Positions 1 to 15,679 are shown, counted from the first letter of the stretch. The stretch is 64,000 nt of DNA from Eledone cirrhosa (GCA_964016885.1 OZ024748.1:60388001-60452000), one strand, 5' to 3'. A program made the numbers and translations. Notes: generated from the sequence alone by a model not told the origin.

Positions 1-130
1 AGCAGCGATTCTTTGCTTAAACTTTAATCTATTATTTTAATAAATATTTGCTCTACGGTTCTTATATATTTGATATATATTTATCCTTATCGAGCCCTCT
101 TTGGATTTTAGTCTTCAAATTTATTATTAT

Positions 131-167
<37 letters not shown>

Positions 168-354
168 CAAAGAGGGCGTGGTAAGATACCAGATGGCCCA
201 TAACGCACCAGAGTACACGATACTTGGGATAGTAGAGTGGGAATCATTTCATATATATAAATATATATATGTGTGTGTGTATGTGTGTCTGTTTGTGTGC
301 GTGCGTGTGTGTGTGCGTAAATGTATATATGTGTGTGTGGGGGGGATGTGTATG

Positions 355-745
355 TGTAACGTTTTTAATATCAATACGAACACGTGGGAAATTCTTGTAG
401 CAGATACGTTAGAGGGTGTAGCGGGGGGAACTTATCGCAACTGGTCCTGCAGAATTCCTAATCTGCCAAATTGCACCAGTATGGCGCATTAAAACGAGCT
501 GAACACTATATGGATGTGATTAACACCCTCCTCGAGATGGGAATGAAATAATTTCTTTCCCGTGACGAATGTTGCCGAGTTTGTTTTGGTCAACGTACGC
601 CTAATTAACCACAAATGGCGTCATAGAAACAGCACCTATTACCAATATGACATCCAGGTTGGTTTCTCTTGCAGGCTGTGTGACAAAGTGTGTAGGTGAG
701 CCAGTCGACTCAATCAGCATTACTAGTCTCGGCATCCCGAAAGGA
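355..745 (+). mobile_element. Old degenerate RTE 3' end
   Basis: NINTNTWEILVAD resembles the RTE WE.LA.DR motif; broken finger remnants DECCRVC..LINHKWRH and CRLCDKVCR..RLNQH. Confidence 0.45.
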
Positions 746-1618
746 GGCAAGCTGCAGTAGAGAAACTGATAATCATACTCTGTTATTTGGAATGCGAGGA
801 ATAAATGCGCCAAACAAGATGAGAATACATATATGCTCATAGTTCGATAGATCCGTTACAATCAGGAGAACATCATTCAATACAACAGATGCAGCAATCT
901 CTTAAGTATATTAGCAATTAAATCTGTAATTTGTATGTTTTCAAATCCCAGCCTATGCATGAAAATTAAGTAGAAAATATACAAATTTCACGTACAACAC
1001 CACACAAATATCTGCATATATATATATATATGCAGATATATATATCATCGAAAAATATATAGCAGTAAATAAAGGATTATGAGTTCATGCAATTGACTTA
1101 TGTTTCGTCACTATATATATATGCAGATATTTGTGCGGTGTTGTACGTGAAATTTGCATATATTCTACTTAATTTTCATATATATACATATATATGCAGA
1201 TATTTGTGTGATGTTGTGCGTCTGTGTGTATTTTATATATAAATATATAGGTGAGTCTGTGTGTGTGTGTGTGTGTGTGTGTAAGTATAACGAGCCTACC
1301 CGAGCTCTGACATGCTATAAAGATAGCTTATGAAATAGGATGAAGTCCCTAAATAGACTGGAAAAGAAGTTGCCATCGGCCGATGTGAGAGATTGATCCC
1401 TAGCCGCTTTCTAGAAGATATTGGGTTCAATTCCTCATAGCCGTCATTGGAAACTCCCTTTTCCGTTTATTAAGGGAATTTATCGTATTTTAGAAGCTAT
1501 CTTTTTATAGCACTCCAGCTCTTGAGCAATTTTTTCATACCTACATATACATATATTCTCAATGCTTCAAAAGCCTACAATTCGATATCGTACATTATAT
1601 ATATAGATACATATATAC

Positions 1619-1717
<99 letters not shown>

Positions 1718-1779
1718 ATGAAGTATTTCCGTAGGAAGGGTAAAGGAAGGAGAGTGCTCTATGTATGCTACAGAGCTAT

Positions 1780-1987
1780 TTAATTATGTAATAAACAACA
1801 TCAGACAATTATTCTATTTACCAAAGGTTTCAAGAAGACAGACGAGCTGAACAGAGACGACTGAAATTGCTCATCAGAATGAATGTTACGTCCATATTAA
1901 ATTTTCTTTCTGATGAGCGAATCCGTCTGTCTTCGTGAAACCTTTGCTAAATTAAATAATTGTCTTATGTTGTTTATTACATAATTA
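1780..1987. repeat. Fold-back element with a hammerhead core in each arm
   Basis: Arms about 1780-1880 and 1907-1987 are inverted. CTGATGA-GCGAA..TTCGT-GAAA at 1910-1940. A third partial copy at 2064-2105. Confidence 0.7.
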
Positions 1988-2013
1988 CACACACACACAC
2001 ACACACATATGTT

Positions 2014-2063
<50 letters not shown>

Positions 2064-2287
2064 TAATTATGTAATAAACAATCTAAGACAATTATTTCAT
2101 TTAGCATAGAATGGAAAACGAAAAATCAGTGATACATCGGAACTCAATTTATTGCGTGTTACAATTGTTTCCCCGGCGAACAGTTCGAGCTCCGTAGGAG
2201 CATAGAGTGCTCAACCGGCATACCGCCTATGGAAGCATCTTAGCTACCATTAGACATATATATATATATATTTGAAAAAAAGGAAAA

Positions 2288-2483
2288 ATAATTGTTTCTA
2301 CGTTAGGCACAAGGCCAGCAATTACCCAGTGCATTACTGGTATTTTACTTTATCGACCCCGTAAGGATGAAAGGCAACGTCAACCTCGGCGGGATTTGAA
2401 CTCAGATCGTAAAGGAACGTAACTATGCTGGAAAGCATGGCGTCCGACCCTCTACCGATACTGCCAATCCACCGCCAATCCAC
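2288..2483 (-). mobile_element. tRNA-derived SINE family S1
   Basis: A box GGCAGTATCGG, B box GAGTTCAAATCCC, central GCCTTTCATCCTTACGGGGTCGATAAA..AGTACCAG, tail AGAAACAATTA. TSD AAAAAAAGGAAAA on both sides. Confidence 0.85.
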
Positions 2484-2548
2484 AAAAAAAGGAAAAGAAT
2501 GACTTCACTTGTAGTGTTAAAACATTTTTGATTTAATTTTATAATGCA

Positions 2549-2678
2549 TAATTGTTTCTACTTTTGGCACAAGGCCAGCAATTACGCAGTGTATTACTGG
2601 CACTTTATTTTATCGACCACGTAAGGATGAAAGGCAAAGTTAACCTTGGTGGGATTTGAACTCAGTCCGTAAAGGGAC
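2549..2678 (-). mobile_element. SINE S1, 5'-truncated
   Basis: B box, central domain and tail present. Confidence 0.8.
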
Positions 2679-3004
2679 AATATTATAAAATTAAATCAGA
2701 CATTTTTTAACACTACAAGTGAAGTCATCCTTTTCCCTTTTTGCAAATATACTTAACTGTACCAAGGATCTCACACATTTTCCAATATATATATATATAT
2801 ATATAGATATGTGTGTGTGTGTGTGTACACAGAGAGACAGGAAGAGTCTACTAATAAGGTACAGTAAGCAAATGTTGAGAAGAAGAAGAAGAAGAAGAAG
2901 AAGAAGAAGAAGAAGAAGAAGAAGACGTGTAACCATATATATGACGTCATAGACAATACGCACTTGGATAATCATATCTGATAAATAACACATTCCTCAA
3001 GCTC

Positions 3005-4272
<1,268 letters not shown>

Positions 4273-4574
4273 TCCTACATTGACCGTCCATCATGTCTGG
4301 AGTCCATTTGTGCAGAGCTGGGTTAATTATTTCGTATTGGTATCAACGCATCAATGGGTTCTATCTAAAAATTACATATGGTATACATTACAGTGGAGCA
4401 ATGGTGGTGGTGTGTAAGGTTGTAGCGGTGGTGGTGGTGTTACTAGTGCTGTTGATGTTGGTGAAGGTGCCGCTGATGTTGTTAGTCGTGGTGGTGATGC
4501 TATTGTTAGTCGTTGTGGTGATGGTGGAGGTGTTGTTGGTCGTGTTAGTGATGGCATTGGTGTTAATGCTTTTG

Positions 4575-5045
4575 GCGCTGGTATTAGCTGCAGTGGTGGT
4601 GGCGATGGTATTAGCTGCAGTGGTGGTGGCGATGGTATTAGCTGCAGTGGTGGTGGCGATGGTATTAGCTGCAGTGGTGGTGGCGATGGTATTAGCTGCA
4701 GTGGTGGTGGCGATGGTATTAGCTGCAGTGGTGGTGGCGGTGGTATTAGCTGCAGTGGTGGTGGCGCTGGTATTAGCTGCTGTGGTGGTGGCGATGGTAT
4801 TAGCTGCAGTGGTGGTGGCGATGGTATTAGCTGCAGTGGTGGTGGCGATGGTATTAGCTGCAGTGGTGGTGGCGATGGTATTAGCTGCAGTGGTGGTGGC
4901 GATGGTATTAGCTGCAGTGGTGGTGGCGCTGGTATTAGCTGCTGTGGTGGTGGCGATGGTATTAGCTGCAGTGGTGGTGGCGATGGTATTAGCTGCAGTG
5001 GTGGTGGCGATGGTATTAGCTGCTGTGGTGGTGGCGATGATATTG
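4575..5045. repeat. 27-bp minisatellite GGTATTAGCTGCAGTGGTGGTGGCGAT, about 17 copies
   Basis: Directly visible, nearly identical units. Confidence 0.95.
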
Positions 5046-5237
5046 ATAATGGTGGTGTCTGGAATGAGAAGGTTTAGGAGATATCTGTTAACCGGAACCT
5101 ATTTGGAATACTATAATTCAGTCGGAGTTATATTTGCAATGAACTAACAAAACCAATTCCACCCCTACTGCAACCACCGCCACTACAACTACTACTACTA
5201 CTACCATTACTACTACTACTACTACTAATAATGATAA

Positions 5238-5407
5238 TAATTGTTTCTACTTTTGGCACAAGGCCAGCAATTACCAGTGCATTACTGGTACTTTATTTTA
5301 TCCACTCCGTAAGTTAACCTCGACGGGATTTGAACTCAGAGCGTAAAGGGACGTAACTATGCTGGAAATCATGACGTCCGACCCTCTACCGATACTGCCA
5401 ATCCACA
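5238..5407 (-). mobile_element. SINE S1
   Basis: Same motifs with a small internal deletion. Confidence 0.8.
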
Positions 5408-5600
5408 ATATTTATAATTTTTGTTTGTTTCAGGTTTTACATGCGCTCACACAATAACTTTACAGGGATTTAGAATAGGTATGTTGTAGTAAAGATACTT
5501 ATATGCATAAATATATACATACATGCATAAATACACACGAAATCGCAGTCACACACACACATATGTATGTATGTAGGTATATATGTATATACACATACAT

Positions 5601-6210
5601 TGTGTCAGGTCACCAGTTGGTGCTACTGGTAACATGTATCCCAGTACAACCTGTCCCATGGTCGGGTCGTTGGCGACTAAACTGGCAACCCCACCGAGGT
5701 TTCTTGGTGAGGAGGGTGACTTTGGACATCCTGCAGGACTAAAAACAAAACCTGTCAAAGGCCAAAGGAGCTCTTAAGAGTCAATGGCCATCCAAAATCA
5801 CGGGAGAGATGACCCCTTAGCCTTTGTCATGGCAGAATTCTAGGAGAAGGAAAACTCTGATATAACACCTGCAACCCTGATGGTATCCAATGATGTTGAC
5901 TTGTTCTTCTTTTTGGTAAATATCATCTTGGTTAAGAGAGTGGGACTGGCTTTGTGCAGTGCCTTTGCTCACTATAAAAGCTTCACGGCACAGGCATTGC
6001 TTTATATCTGGAGATCTCTCTGCACTTGTCGTCACATGGTACCATGGGCCCAGCACTATGTGTCAATAATTGTCACAAGTGTAGTGTTTGTACCAGAGTT
6101 TTCAAGTCGTTGGCTGGACTAAAAAGTCACACTCGTTCAGCGCATCAGTAGGGGTTCTCCTACATGGATATAAAGTAGTGGCCGTACTCAAAAACGAGTT
6201 GGCAGCCACC
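5601..6210 (+). mobile_element. Complete non-autonomous bipartite RTE-derived retroposon
   Basis: Exact 14-bp TSD ATATACACATACAT at 5587-5600 and 6211-6224. RTE-like 5' UTR words (GGCAACCCCACC, CTAGGAGAAGGAAAACTCTG). 3' part encodes the C2H2 finger CSVCTRVFKSLAGLKSHTRSAH*. No RT. Confidence 0.75.
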
Positions 6211-6258
6211 ATATACACATACATAGCTACACGCACACGCGCACGCATATGTATGCAC

Positions 6259-6289
<31 letters not shown>

Positions 6290-6331
6290 TATTTACACAC
6301 ACATACATACCTTCACACACACACACATACG

Positions 6332-6366
<35 letters not shown>

Positions 6367-6504
6367 GTATGTGTGTGTATGTGTGTGGTATGTGTGTCTG
6401 TGTGTGTTGTCAAGGTAACTTTCCGACAACCTGATCTTCATTATGTTTAATATTACCGTCATATTTGCATTGCTGTGTCCTTCTGAAGAACTAAGTATTA
6501 TATA

Positions 6505-6692
6505 TGGTGAATTGGCAGTATCGGTAGTGGGTTGGACGCCATGCTTTGCAGCATAGAATTACAGCCCTTTCTGGTCAGAGTTCAAATCCTGCCGAGGTTA
6601 CCTTGGCCTTTCATTCTTACGGGGTCGATAAAATAATGTACCAGTATTGCACTGGGATAATTCTGGCCTTGTGCCAAAAGTAGAAACAATTA
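6505..6692 (+). mobile_element. SINE S1
   Basis: A/B boxes, central domain, tail. Confidence 0.85.
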
Positions 6693-6914
6693 TATATATA
6701 TATTATATATATATATACAACCTAATATATTCCTTCCATATAATCTAAAAACATTTTTTTTCAATTCCACCCGGCCCGTACCTTCAATTTATCCTATTTC
6801 TCATTCTTTCTTTCGATGATGGACTAGCGTTTGAAACATTCCTGCTATTTCAAGCGTTAACCTAATATATTCCTTACATATACCGTACCGATTGTGTTGT
6901 TATTTCTGTTTACC

Positions 6915-6992
<78 letters not shown>

Positions 6993-8241
6993 ACGTGTAT
7001 GTGTGTGTGTGTGTGAATGTATGTATATATATATAAATATATGTGTTGCAAGGCGATACATACAAGATATATCTTTCGATCAGGAAATTGTCGGAGAGTT
7101 GTTTATTTGAGACGCCATCCAGATACTGATATGAGCAACTAGCCAGGTTGCAATTAGATGAGGAAGAGATATCGTCAGTTGTTGAGTATACATTAACATG
7201 CCAGCTAATAGCAATGTGAGGGAGCAGAGTGTTTTCACATTATGTGAGGGACCAGAGTGTTTCCCCATTAGATGCGTTTCGCTGATTATTCCTATCCATT
7301 TATCGTAAACATTAAGAGAGAAATGCAGCAAGTCAGATTAGAAAATAAATGTGTAAAGAATTAATTGAATAAATAAATAAATATTTGTGGAAAAGCTCCT
7401 GGGTATTTAGGAAATCAGAATTCTTTAATGTGATGTACACTGTATCATCTGAGAGAATAGCTATTGAGTTGGTTTGGTAACGGTTAATATGCCGGTATTG
7501 GAAAGGTCAACTCTTGACCTAAACTAGTATGGATCCAAGTCGGATCCATACTAGTTAATTGGTCAAATATTTGATCAAACACATTATAAATATAACTATT
7601 ACAATTTTGTGTTTATGCAATGGATGACAGTATCCAATGTTTCCCGCCATTTTGGAATTTGAGGAAAATTCTGCAACTATTTCTAACTGATTCAATGACA
7701 GCACGATCTTTTTCTAGTAGATTCGGCTATGTCTTGGGAATGAGCGTGTGTAGAAGTATATGTTATGTGCGTTGTATATGTCTTTTATACGTGTATTTTA
7801 TAGGTATATTATATGTGAGTGTTTGTTGTATGGGGGCGTTGATTTTTGCTTTTCTCTCCCTGTACATGAGCATTATCCATTAATTATGCTGAAGTAGATT
7901 AAAAAATCTCTTAAGAAAAGAAAAATAGGAATATGATAAAGAAAAGACTACAAATAAGAGATAAAATAAAGAAAAACAGTACTAACGTACTCTGTAGGCG
8001 AAAGTCGCTTAAAAAAAACCCACAAAATAAAATACAATATTCTTGGAATCCAGCTCAAAATAATCTCTAAATCGCCGCAAGAATTTGTCGCCATATTCAC
8101 AGCTGTAGTCGCCATTACTATTTCTATATAGGCTTCCATATTATTGAATGATCTATATGATTCCTGCAGTGTCCTTGCACCTCAGCGCACGCACAAGAGC
8201 TTATCGCATAATAGATAGGAGTTTCTAAAAATAGATTCGTG

Positions 8242-8360
<119 letters not shown>

Positions 8361-8381
8361 TGTATATATATATATATATAT

Positions 8382-8491
<110 letters not shown>

Positions 8492-8535
8492 ATGCATATG
8501 TATGGATATATATAAATATATACGTCTCTCTCTCC

Positions 8536-8583
<48 letters not shown>

Positions 8584-10684
8584 TGAGAGAGAGTCACTTG
8601 TGTATGTATATGCAAAAATGTATGTATGTACGAATTTATGTATGCAAATAGGTATACAGGTTCGTATGAAGCTATCGTTCGTCATATGTCAGAGAAAGAA
8701 ATCGTCTTTCTTAGCGAGAAATCCATTTAGAATTAAAAAAATTTATTATAGCTCAGGGTCATCAGATGTTTTGTAAGTGACATTTGGAAAACAAAACCTG
8801 AGTGAAACCCCTTCAGATGAGCTGTACTTGTAAATCATAGGCTGAACCTTGTCACACGTAGTCTCACGCTGTCTAATGCCAAAATCTTCAAAGTTTTCTC
8901 TACTTGATAATTACGTTAAGATTATACACGTCTATAATAACTACGCATAGCTTCCTGCTTAGGTTTTTTGGCCAACAATCGCTTTGGCTCGCAGTCATCA
9001 GTTCGATTCGCGATGGTGCGTTGTGTTCTTGAGCAAGACTTTTATTTCACATTGCTCCAGTTCACTCAGCTGGCCAATATTTATCGTACCTATGATTCAA
9101 AGACCCACCCTCGTCGTTACAAACTCTGTCGCGTGGAATTTAACTAAGAACTGTGCTATCGGTACTCGTTTATGTGACATGTCCAACCACTTTCACGTTA
9201 ATTTCAGAGGCAGGTTATTCCGTTATTCTACCAACTGGAACGCTCGTCTTCGAAATCGGTGGAAGTCCGGGTTATATTAGTCTATTGTTCAATCAATTAA
9301 TCAATCATATGTTAATTCAATGAGTAAGGTGATCAGGTGATCAAATAATTAATGATTCTCAGCCCTTTTCTGACCAGAGTTTCTGTATTGCAATCATTCA
9401 ATGATGACGTTTGATAGATATACTAAAATTATTAATTATTTCATTATGATGGTGGTGACGTAAAATGTGGTTCTTATATCAAACAGACCATGAATGGTCT
9501 GAGTCGTTAGAGCCTCGGACTAAATGGTTCGGTATTTGCACCGTCCCATTGAGTTCTGAGGTCAACGTTGTCTTTCACCTATGTGAAGTCGACAAATAAT
9601 GTAACAGTGAAGTACTGAAGTTGATTCTTTTTCTATCATTCTTCATAATTTTCCCTCTCTTTCTTTTTTCTTCCTGTATGGAATCGACTGTTCCGACCTC
9701 CTGAGAAAGAAATGGGCTGCCCCAGATTTAAACTACCCAAGTCAAGCCATGTGTCATGGTGGCTCTCTACGACGCCACCAGGAATTAAGTATCTTTACTT
9801 CTTTCATAGAGAATGATGTTGGACATTTTAATTTTGAACAGAAACCTTTTGATATGGTGGTTGTGCATTGTTTATTTCATTGGACATGTGTCGGCTAGAA
9901 AATGATAGGGTGACACTAGCGTGGTAATTGAATGAGAGTTGGATCACCACACAGTGTCTATAAGTGATTAGATTTCTTGCTCCCAATCATCCTTTGATTT
10001 ATCCCCTAAAAAGTATCGATCTACCTTCAATATGATTTATCGCGCATTTTATTGTTGAACGCTGATTATATGATATAGATTGATTGTTACGTTACCCACA
10101 GGGTGTTGGTTTTAATTTCCCAGTCACTGGGGGTATCCTGGTGTTATTTGCTGCTTCGCCTATTTAAAGCAAACATCTTGCATAATCTATGGTACCATAT
10201 ACTTCTATACCGCCATCTTGATCAAAGTTACCTACTACCTATACATGGCAGCTTTAAGAGAAAAATATCTTGATGGAATCTATTGAATCAAGCTGCCATT
10301 TTTAACGGATGTATGCACCTTCTAGCAACTAAATATTGACCTAGGCTAAATCTTACCTAAGTGCGTAACATAATGGGAAAAGGACAGACATGAAAAACGA
10401 GCATATAATATCGAATATTGAACTATTAAATCCTATTGAATGTCGTTGCACCAGCTTGATGATGTGAATATATTCGCTAATATTGACATATGTACCGAAA
10501 ATCACTAGATCGATAATCCATTGAAAGTGTCTCCATCTTTGTGTGTATACTTCGTTCTGCTGGTCATCATTGCAGTGAATAATATCTTGTTTGGGATTCT
10601 CTGATTGGATTGTTCAAAGGTTTTGGTATGAGTTCACGAAGTAGTTTACCTAATTTAATGGCTGCCTTTCTCAAACATCCACAA

Positions 10685-11530
10685 ACACTCACACAATCCC
10701 ACACCCATACAAAGCCATACACAAACAGACACACCCATACAAAGCCATACACAATCCCACACACATACAAAGCCATACACAAACATACACACACATACAA
10801 AGCCATACATAATCACACACACACATTCAAAGCCATACACAATCCCACACACATACAAAGCCATACACAAACACACACACACACATACAAAGCCATACAC
10901 AAACAGACACACTCATACAGAGCCATACATAATCACACACACACATACAAAGCCATACACAATCCCACACACATACAAAGCCATACACAAACACACACAC
11001 ACATACAAAGCCATACACAAACAGACACACCCATACAAAGCCATACATAATCACACACACACATACAAAGCCATACACAATCCCACACACATACAAAGCC
11101 ATACACAAACACACACACACATACAAAGCCATACATAAACAGACACACACATATAAAGCCATACACAATCACACACACACATACAAAGCCATACATAATC
11201 CCACACACATACAAAGCCATACACAAACAGACACATACATACAAGGCCATACACAAACATACACACACATACAAAGCCATACACAATCACACACGCACAT
11301 ACAAAGCCATACACAATCCCACACACATACAAAGCCATACACAAACAGACACACACATACAAGGCCATACACAAACAGACACACACATACAAAGTCATAC
11401 ACAATCACACACACACATACAAAGCCATACACAATCACACACACATACAAAGCCATAAACAATCACACACACATACAAAGCCATACACAAATACACACAC
11501 ATACAAAGCCGTACACAATCACACACACCA
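10685..11530. repeat. ~30-bp minisatellite CATACAAAGCCATACACAA-(CA)n
   Basis: About 28 units with recurring variants. Confidence 0.92.
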
Positions 11531-11962
11531 CTTCCAACGATCAGCGTTTGTTCTAGAAAAGCGACATTTATATATTTCATGTTACGCTTCCCGTATATAA
11601 ACCCCATATACAATAAAAGGGAGTAAAAAAAACCGAACACAGTTAGTTATTAGCCGCACAGATAAAAGATCTAGTCTACATTTAAAAGAGGTGTGGAAAT
11701 TGAAAAGACAATCTTTCGATTATTGGCAGAGCTAGTAAAGATGGAAGATGGTATTCTATGGTGGTGAAAGTGAAAGCTATTATAGAAAGCATATCAGAAT
11801 AGAAAAAACCTTAGATACTAAATTGAATCCTTCCATACATCAGAAAGTAATTAGTTTTTGGATGTTTAAGTTAAGTTTGGTGTTGTTGGTTTAGAGAAAG
11901 AGAAATGTTTGAAGAATGGAAATCGCGAAGCCTTTTAATTAGCAATTTAAAACCCCTTTATT

Positions 11963-11987
11963 GTAGTAGTAGTAGTAGTAGTAGTAA

Positions 11988-12034
<47 letters not shown>

Positions 12035-12065
12035 ATAGTAGTAGTAGTAATAGTAGTAGTAGTAA

Positions 12066-12129
<64 letters not shown>

Positions 12130-12690
12130 AATAGTCTTTTATAGTTTAGGCTTTGGATTCAAGACTATACATACCTGGGAAAGACTAGGTGAAGAAATAG
12201 AGAATTTAATGATCCCCGCCCCCAAATCTTGAGGAGTTGAGGCAAGAAGATAAAGATGACTCCTCCTCCTAATAATAATAACAATAACAACAACAATAAC
12301 GCTAGCAGTAACAACAACAATAACTATAACAACAAATATAACAAATGCAATAACAACAAAAATAGCAACGACGATAAGAATAACGGAAATACGTAGAAAA
12401 TTTAACATATGAGTAAGAAGAAGAAGAAAGAAAGAAGTAGAAAAGAAGAAGAAAATGAAAAAGAAGACGAAGAAGAAGAAGAAAAGAAAAAGAAAATGAA
12501 AAAGAAGACGAAGAAGAAGAAAAATGAAGAAGAAGAAAGAAGTAGAAGAAAGAAGAAGGAGAAGAACAAAAACAACAAGAACAATGACGACGACAACAGC
12601 AACAACAACAAGACCAACATCAATACCAACAACAAGCATAACAGCAACAACATCAAATACGACAACGACAACTACAAAGAGAATAACAAG
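11963..12690. repeat. Trinucleotide fields (TAG)n, (AAC)n, (GAA)n
   Basis: Direct. Similar fields at 2878-2925, 34825-35070 and 39823-40047; (GA)n at 50390-50640. Confidence 0.95.
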
Positions 12691-12799
12691 ACTATGGTGA
12701 GGACAAAAAGAAATCAGATTGAGACAGAAAAGTGAAAGAAGGAGCCTTTATGTTATATATAAACAGTTCCTGTATAAATATCCTGGCCCTAAATATCAT

Positions 12800-13210
12800 A
12801 TAACTATGTAAGACATTGGGAAAAATTACTTGTAAAGTACTTTATATAAAATAAATTGTATAAAATATACTTCCTTCATAAAGCCCCCTGAATATAATTA
12901 TGTAAGACATTGGCAAAATTACGTATAAAGTACTTTATATAAAATAAATTGTATACAATATACATCCTTCATAAACCTCCCTGAATATAATTGTTTCTAC
13001 TTTTGGCACAGGCCACCAGTTACCCAGTGCATTACTGGTACTTTATTTTATCGACCCCGTAAGGATGAAAGGCAAAGTCATCCTCGGCGAATATAATATA
13101 ATATAACTATGAATATAATATAACTATGTAAGACTTTGGAGGAAAATATTTGTAAAGTACGTTATAAAAAGAATTATATAAAACATATCTTTTCCATAAT
13201 TCCCCCTGAA
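12800..13210. repeat. Three ~95-bp tandem units
   Basis: TATGTAAGAC..TAAAGTAC.TTATA..CATAA..CCCTGAA occurs three times, interrupted by a SINE fragment. Confidence 0.8.
12990..13090 (-). mobile_element. SINE S1 3' half inserted in a ~95-bp tandem repeat
   Basis: Central domain plus tail; flanking GAATATAAT duplicated. Confidence 0.75.
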
Positions 13211-13520
13211 ATCTGTGACAGAATAATAGCAAACACAGTTTAATCATATATGACAATAGTTATGGATGGCTGGTTGCTAAGTAACTGCGTACAAAATCGA
13301 TAAATCCTTAAACAGATGCACATCATATTGCAGTTATTCATTCTCATACCTCACTAGTATAAAGTTACGTAAAAATTAATTAAATTCTGTAAAAATATTA
13401 AAGGAACCACATAATCATGTACAATACATTGTATTCTATCGGCTTCGTTTATAGGAAAATCGGCAACGCGTAATAAAACTTCTATGTTCATATTTATCTA
13501 TCTATTTCTTTATCTTTCCC

Positions 13521-13563
<43 letters not shown>

Positions 13564-13604
13564 TATATATATATATAGAGAGAGAGAGAGGGGGAGAGAG
13601 AAAG

Positions 13605-13639
<35 letters not shown>

Positions 13640-13871
13640 TAAATATAAACGGGTGTGTATGATTGGGTATAGAAGATTATATTAATAAAAGGAATTCCAA
13701 CTTTGTCTGATTTACTCGTTTTCTTTATAATCCTTTAAAAATTATAATGGTATTAGAATGAAATAGTATGGTAGAATATTAAATGTTAAGTGTTAATTGA
13801 ACAGGTACTATCATGCTTTCGCAATCTTCAGGTTCATATTCTGTGGTGACAGTCAAGTTTGCAATTTTCAA

Positions 13872-13912
<41 letters not shown>

Positions 13913-14024
13913 AAAGGTAAACAGAAATAACAACACAATCAGTACGGTACAGTATATGGTAGGGATATATTAAGTTAACGCTTGATATAGCAGGAAGAAT
14001 AAGAGGTTATATATATGTATATCC

Positions 14025-14127
<103 letters not shown>

Positions 14128-14215
14128 ATATTAAATAAATGGAAACTATATTTATAAAACCATATTTATTCTATTATATATATTTCAAATATATTTCAAG
14201 GGTACCAAAAACGTT

Positions 14216-14586
14216 GGTACGCCCGGCCGATTAACTCACTCGATATGCAAATTAGGCTGCTCAGCCGTTAATATGCATAAGGAAAGTATATACTTTCAGA
14301 CGTTCAATCATCTGGCAGGAAGGTATACGGTGCTGACGATAGCTAATAAGCTTGAAACTAGTACATCGTTCCATTGTCAGTGTTGAACAAAATAGCAACG
14401 ATGGTTGCTAAACACTGTACGGATTAATTCGGGATGTTTGTTTACAAACACACCGAGCATTATAATAAATGTTCGGTAAATCCATACGTACATATATATA
14501 TATGTGTTCATACGGTTCTTATATATTTGATATATATTTTCCTTATCGAGCCCTCTTTGCATTTTAGTCTTCAATTTTATTATTAT

Positions 14587-14649
<63 letters not shown>

Positions 14650-15286
14650 CTACTGTACGTCTGTATACATATATGTATGTACGTATACATACTTATATAT
14701 ATATATATATAAATATATATATATGTATAAATATATGTATATATGGAAAAAATGAAATTTCATTTCTCACTCTTAGTACGGCTGATACTTAAATATAAGC
14801 ATGTATACGTACATACATATATGTATACAGACGTACAGTAGTATGTATATACATACATGCACACATATATATATGTACGTATGGGCTTACCGAACATTTA
14901 TTATAATGCTCGGTTTGTTTGTTTGTAAACAAACAGCCCGATTTAAGCAGTACAGTGTTCGGCAACGATCGTTGCCCTTTTGTTCAACACTGACAAAGGA
15001 ACCATGAACTAGTTTCTAGCTTATTAGCTGTCATGAGCACCGTATACCTTCCTGTCAGTTAAATGAACGTTTGAAAGTATATACTTTCCTTATGCATATT
15101 AATGGCTGAGCAGCCTAATTTGCATATCGAGTGAGTTAGTCGGCCGGGCGTACCGAAAACGATAAATAGAAAAAATGAAATTTAATTTCTCACTCTTAGT
15201 ACGGCTGATACTTAAATATAAGCATGTATACGTACATACATATATGTATATAGACTTACAGTAGTATGTATATACATACATACATG

Positions 15287-15329
<43 letters not shown>

Positions 15330-15420
15330 GTATGGGTTTACCGAACATTTATTATAAGGCTCGGTTTGTTTGTAAACAAACATCCCGAATTAAGCCGTAC
15401 AGTGTTTGGCAACCATCTTT
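14216..15420. repeat. Inverted plus partial-tandem repeat cluster (Penelope-like architecture)
   Basis: 14216-14494 is inverted to 14872-15154; 14745-14970 is directly repeated at 15168-15418. Confidence 0.8.
14327..14369 (+). ncRNA. Minimal type-I hammerhead motif in a fold-back element
   Basis: ACGGTG-CTGACGA-TAGCTAATAAGCTT-GAAA-CTAG-TA-CATCGT; palindromic stem III ACTAGT; closing pair of stem II mutated. Confidence 0.6.
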
Positions 15421-15679
15421 GATGAACCATAGGCTATTCCCTTTCAATCAACAACTTCCGGGCGAAACATATCTCTTTGGATTTGTACGCGTTTGTTATA
15501 CAGTTATAGAGGTGGGTATATATATTTTAATTTATATTTTGAATTATTGCGTGTCTACCCTGCCTTCCATAGATTATAGATTCCATACACAGGTGGTTTT
15601 CCCTGTTTTATTGATGGCACACTATCTTTCTGTAGTGTGTTACCTTTTCAACATATTATATTATATTATATATATATAT

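Noticed and set aside
4293-5147. 284-aa (MVLAAVVVA)n ORF, and the Thr/Ala-rich opposite frame
   Set aside because: Product of a 27-bp minisatellite; no splice or domain evidence.
6060-6150. Host C2H2 zinc-finger gene exon (also 28180-28317 and 560-740)
   Set aside because: The fingers lie at retroelement 3' ends with tails or a TSD, are multi-copy or broken, and lack TGEKP linkers.
12409-12735. Lys/Glu/Asn-rich ORF
   Set aside because: (GAA)n and (AAC)n low-complexity sequence.
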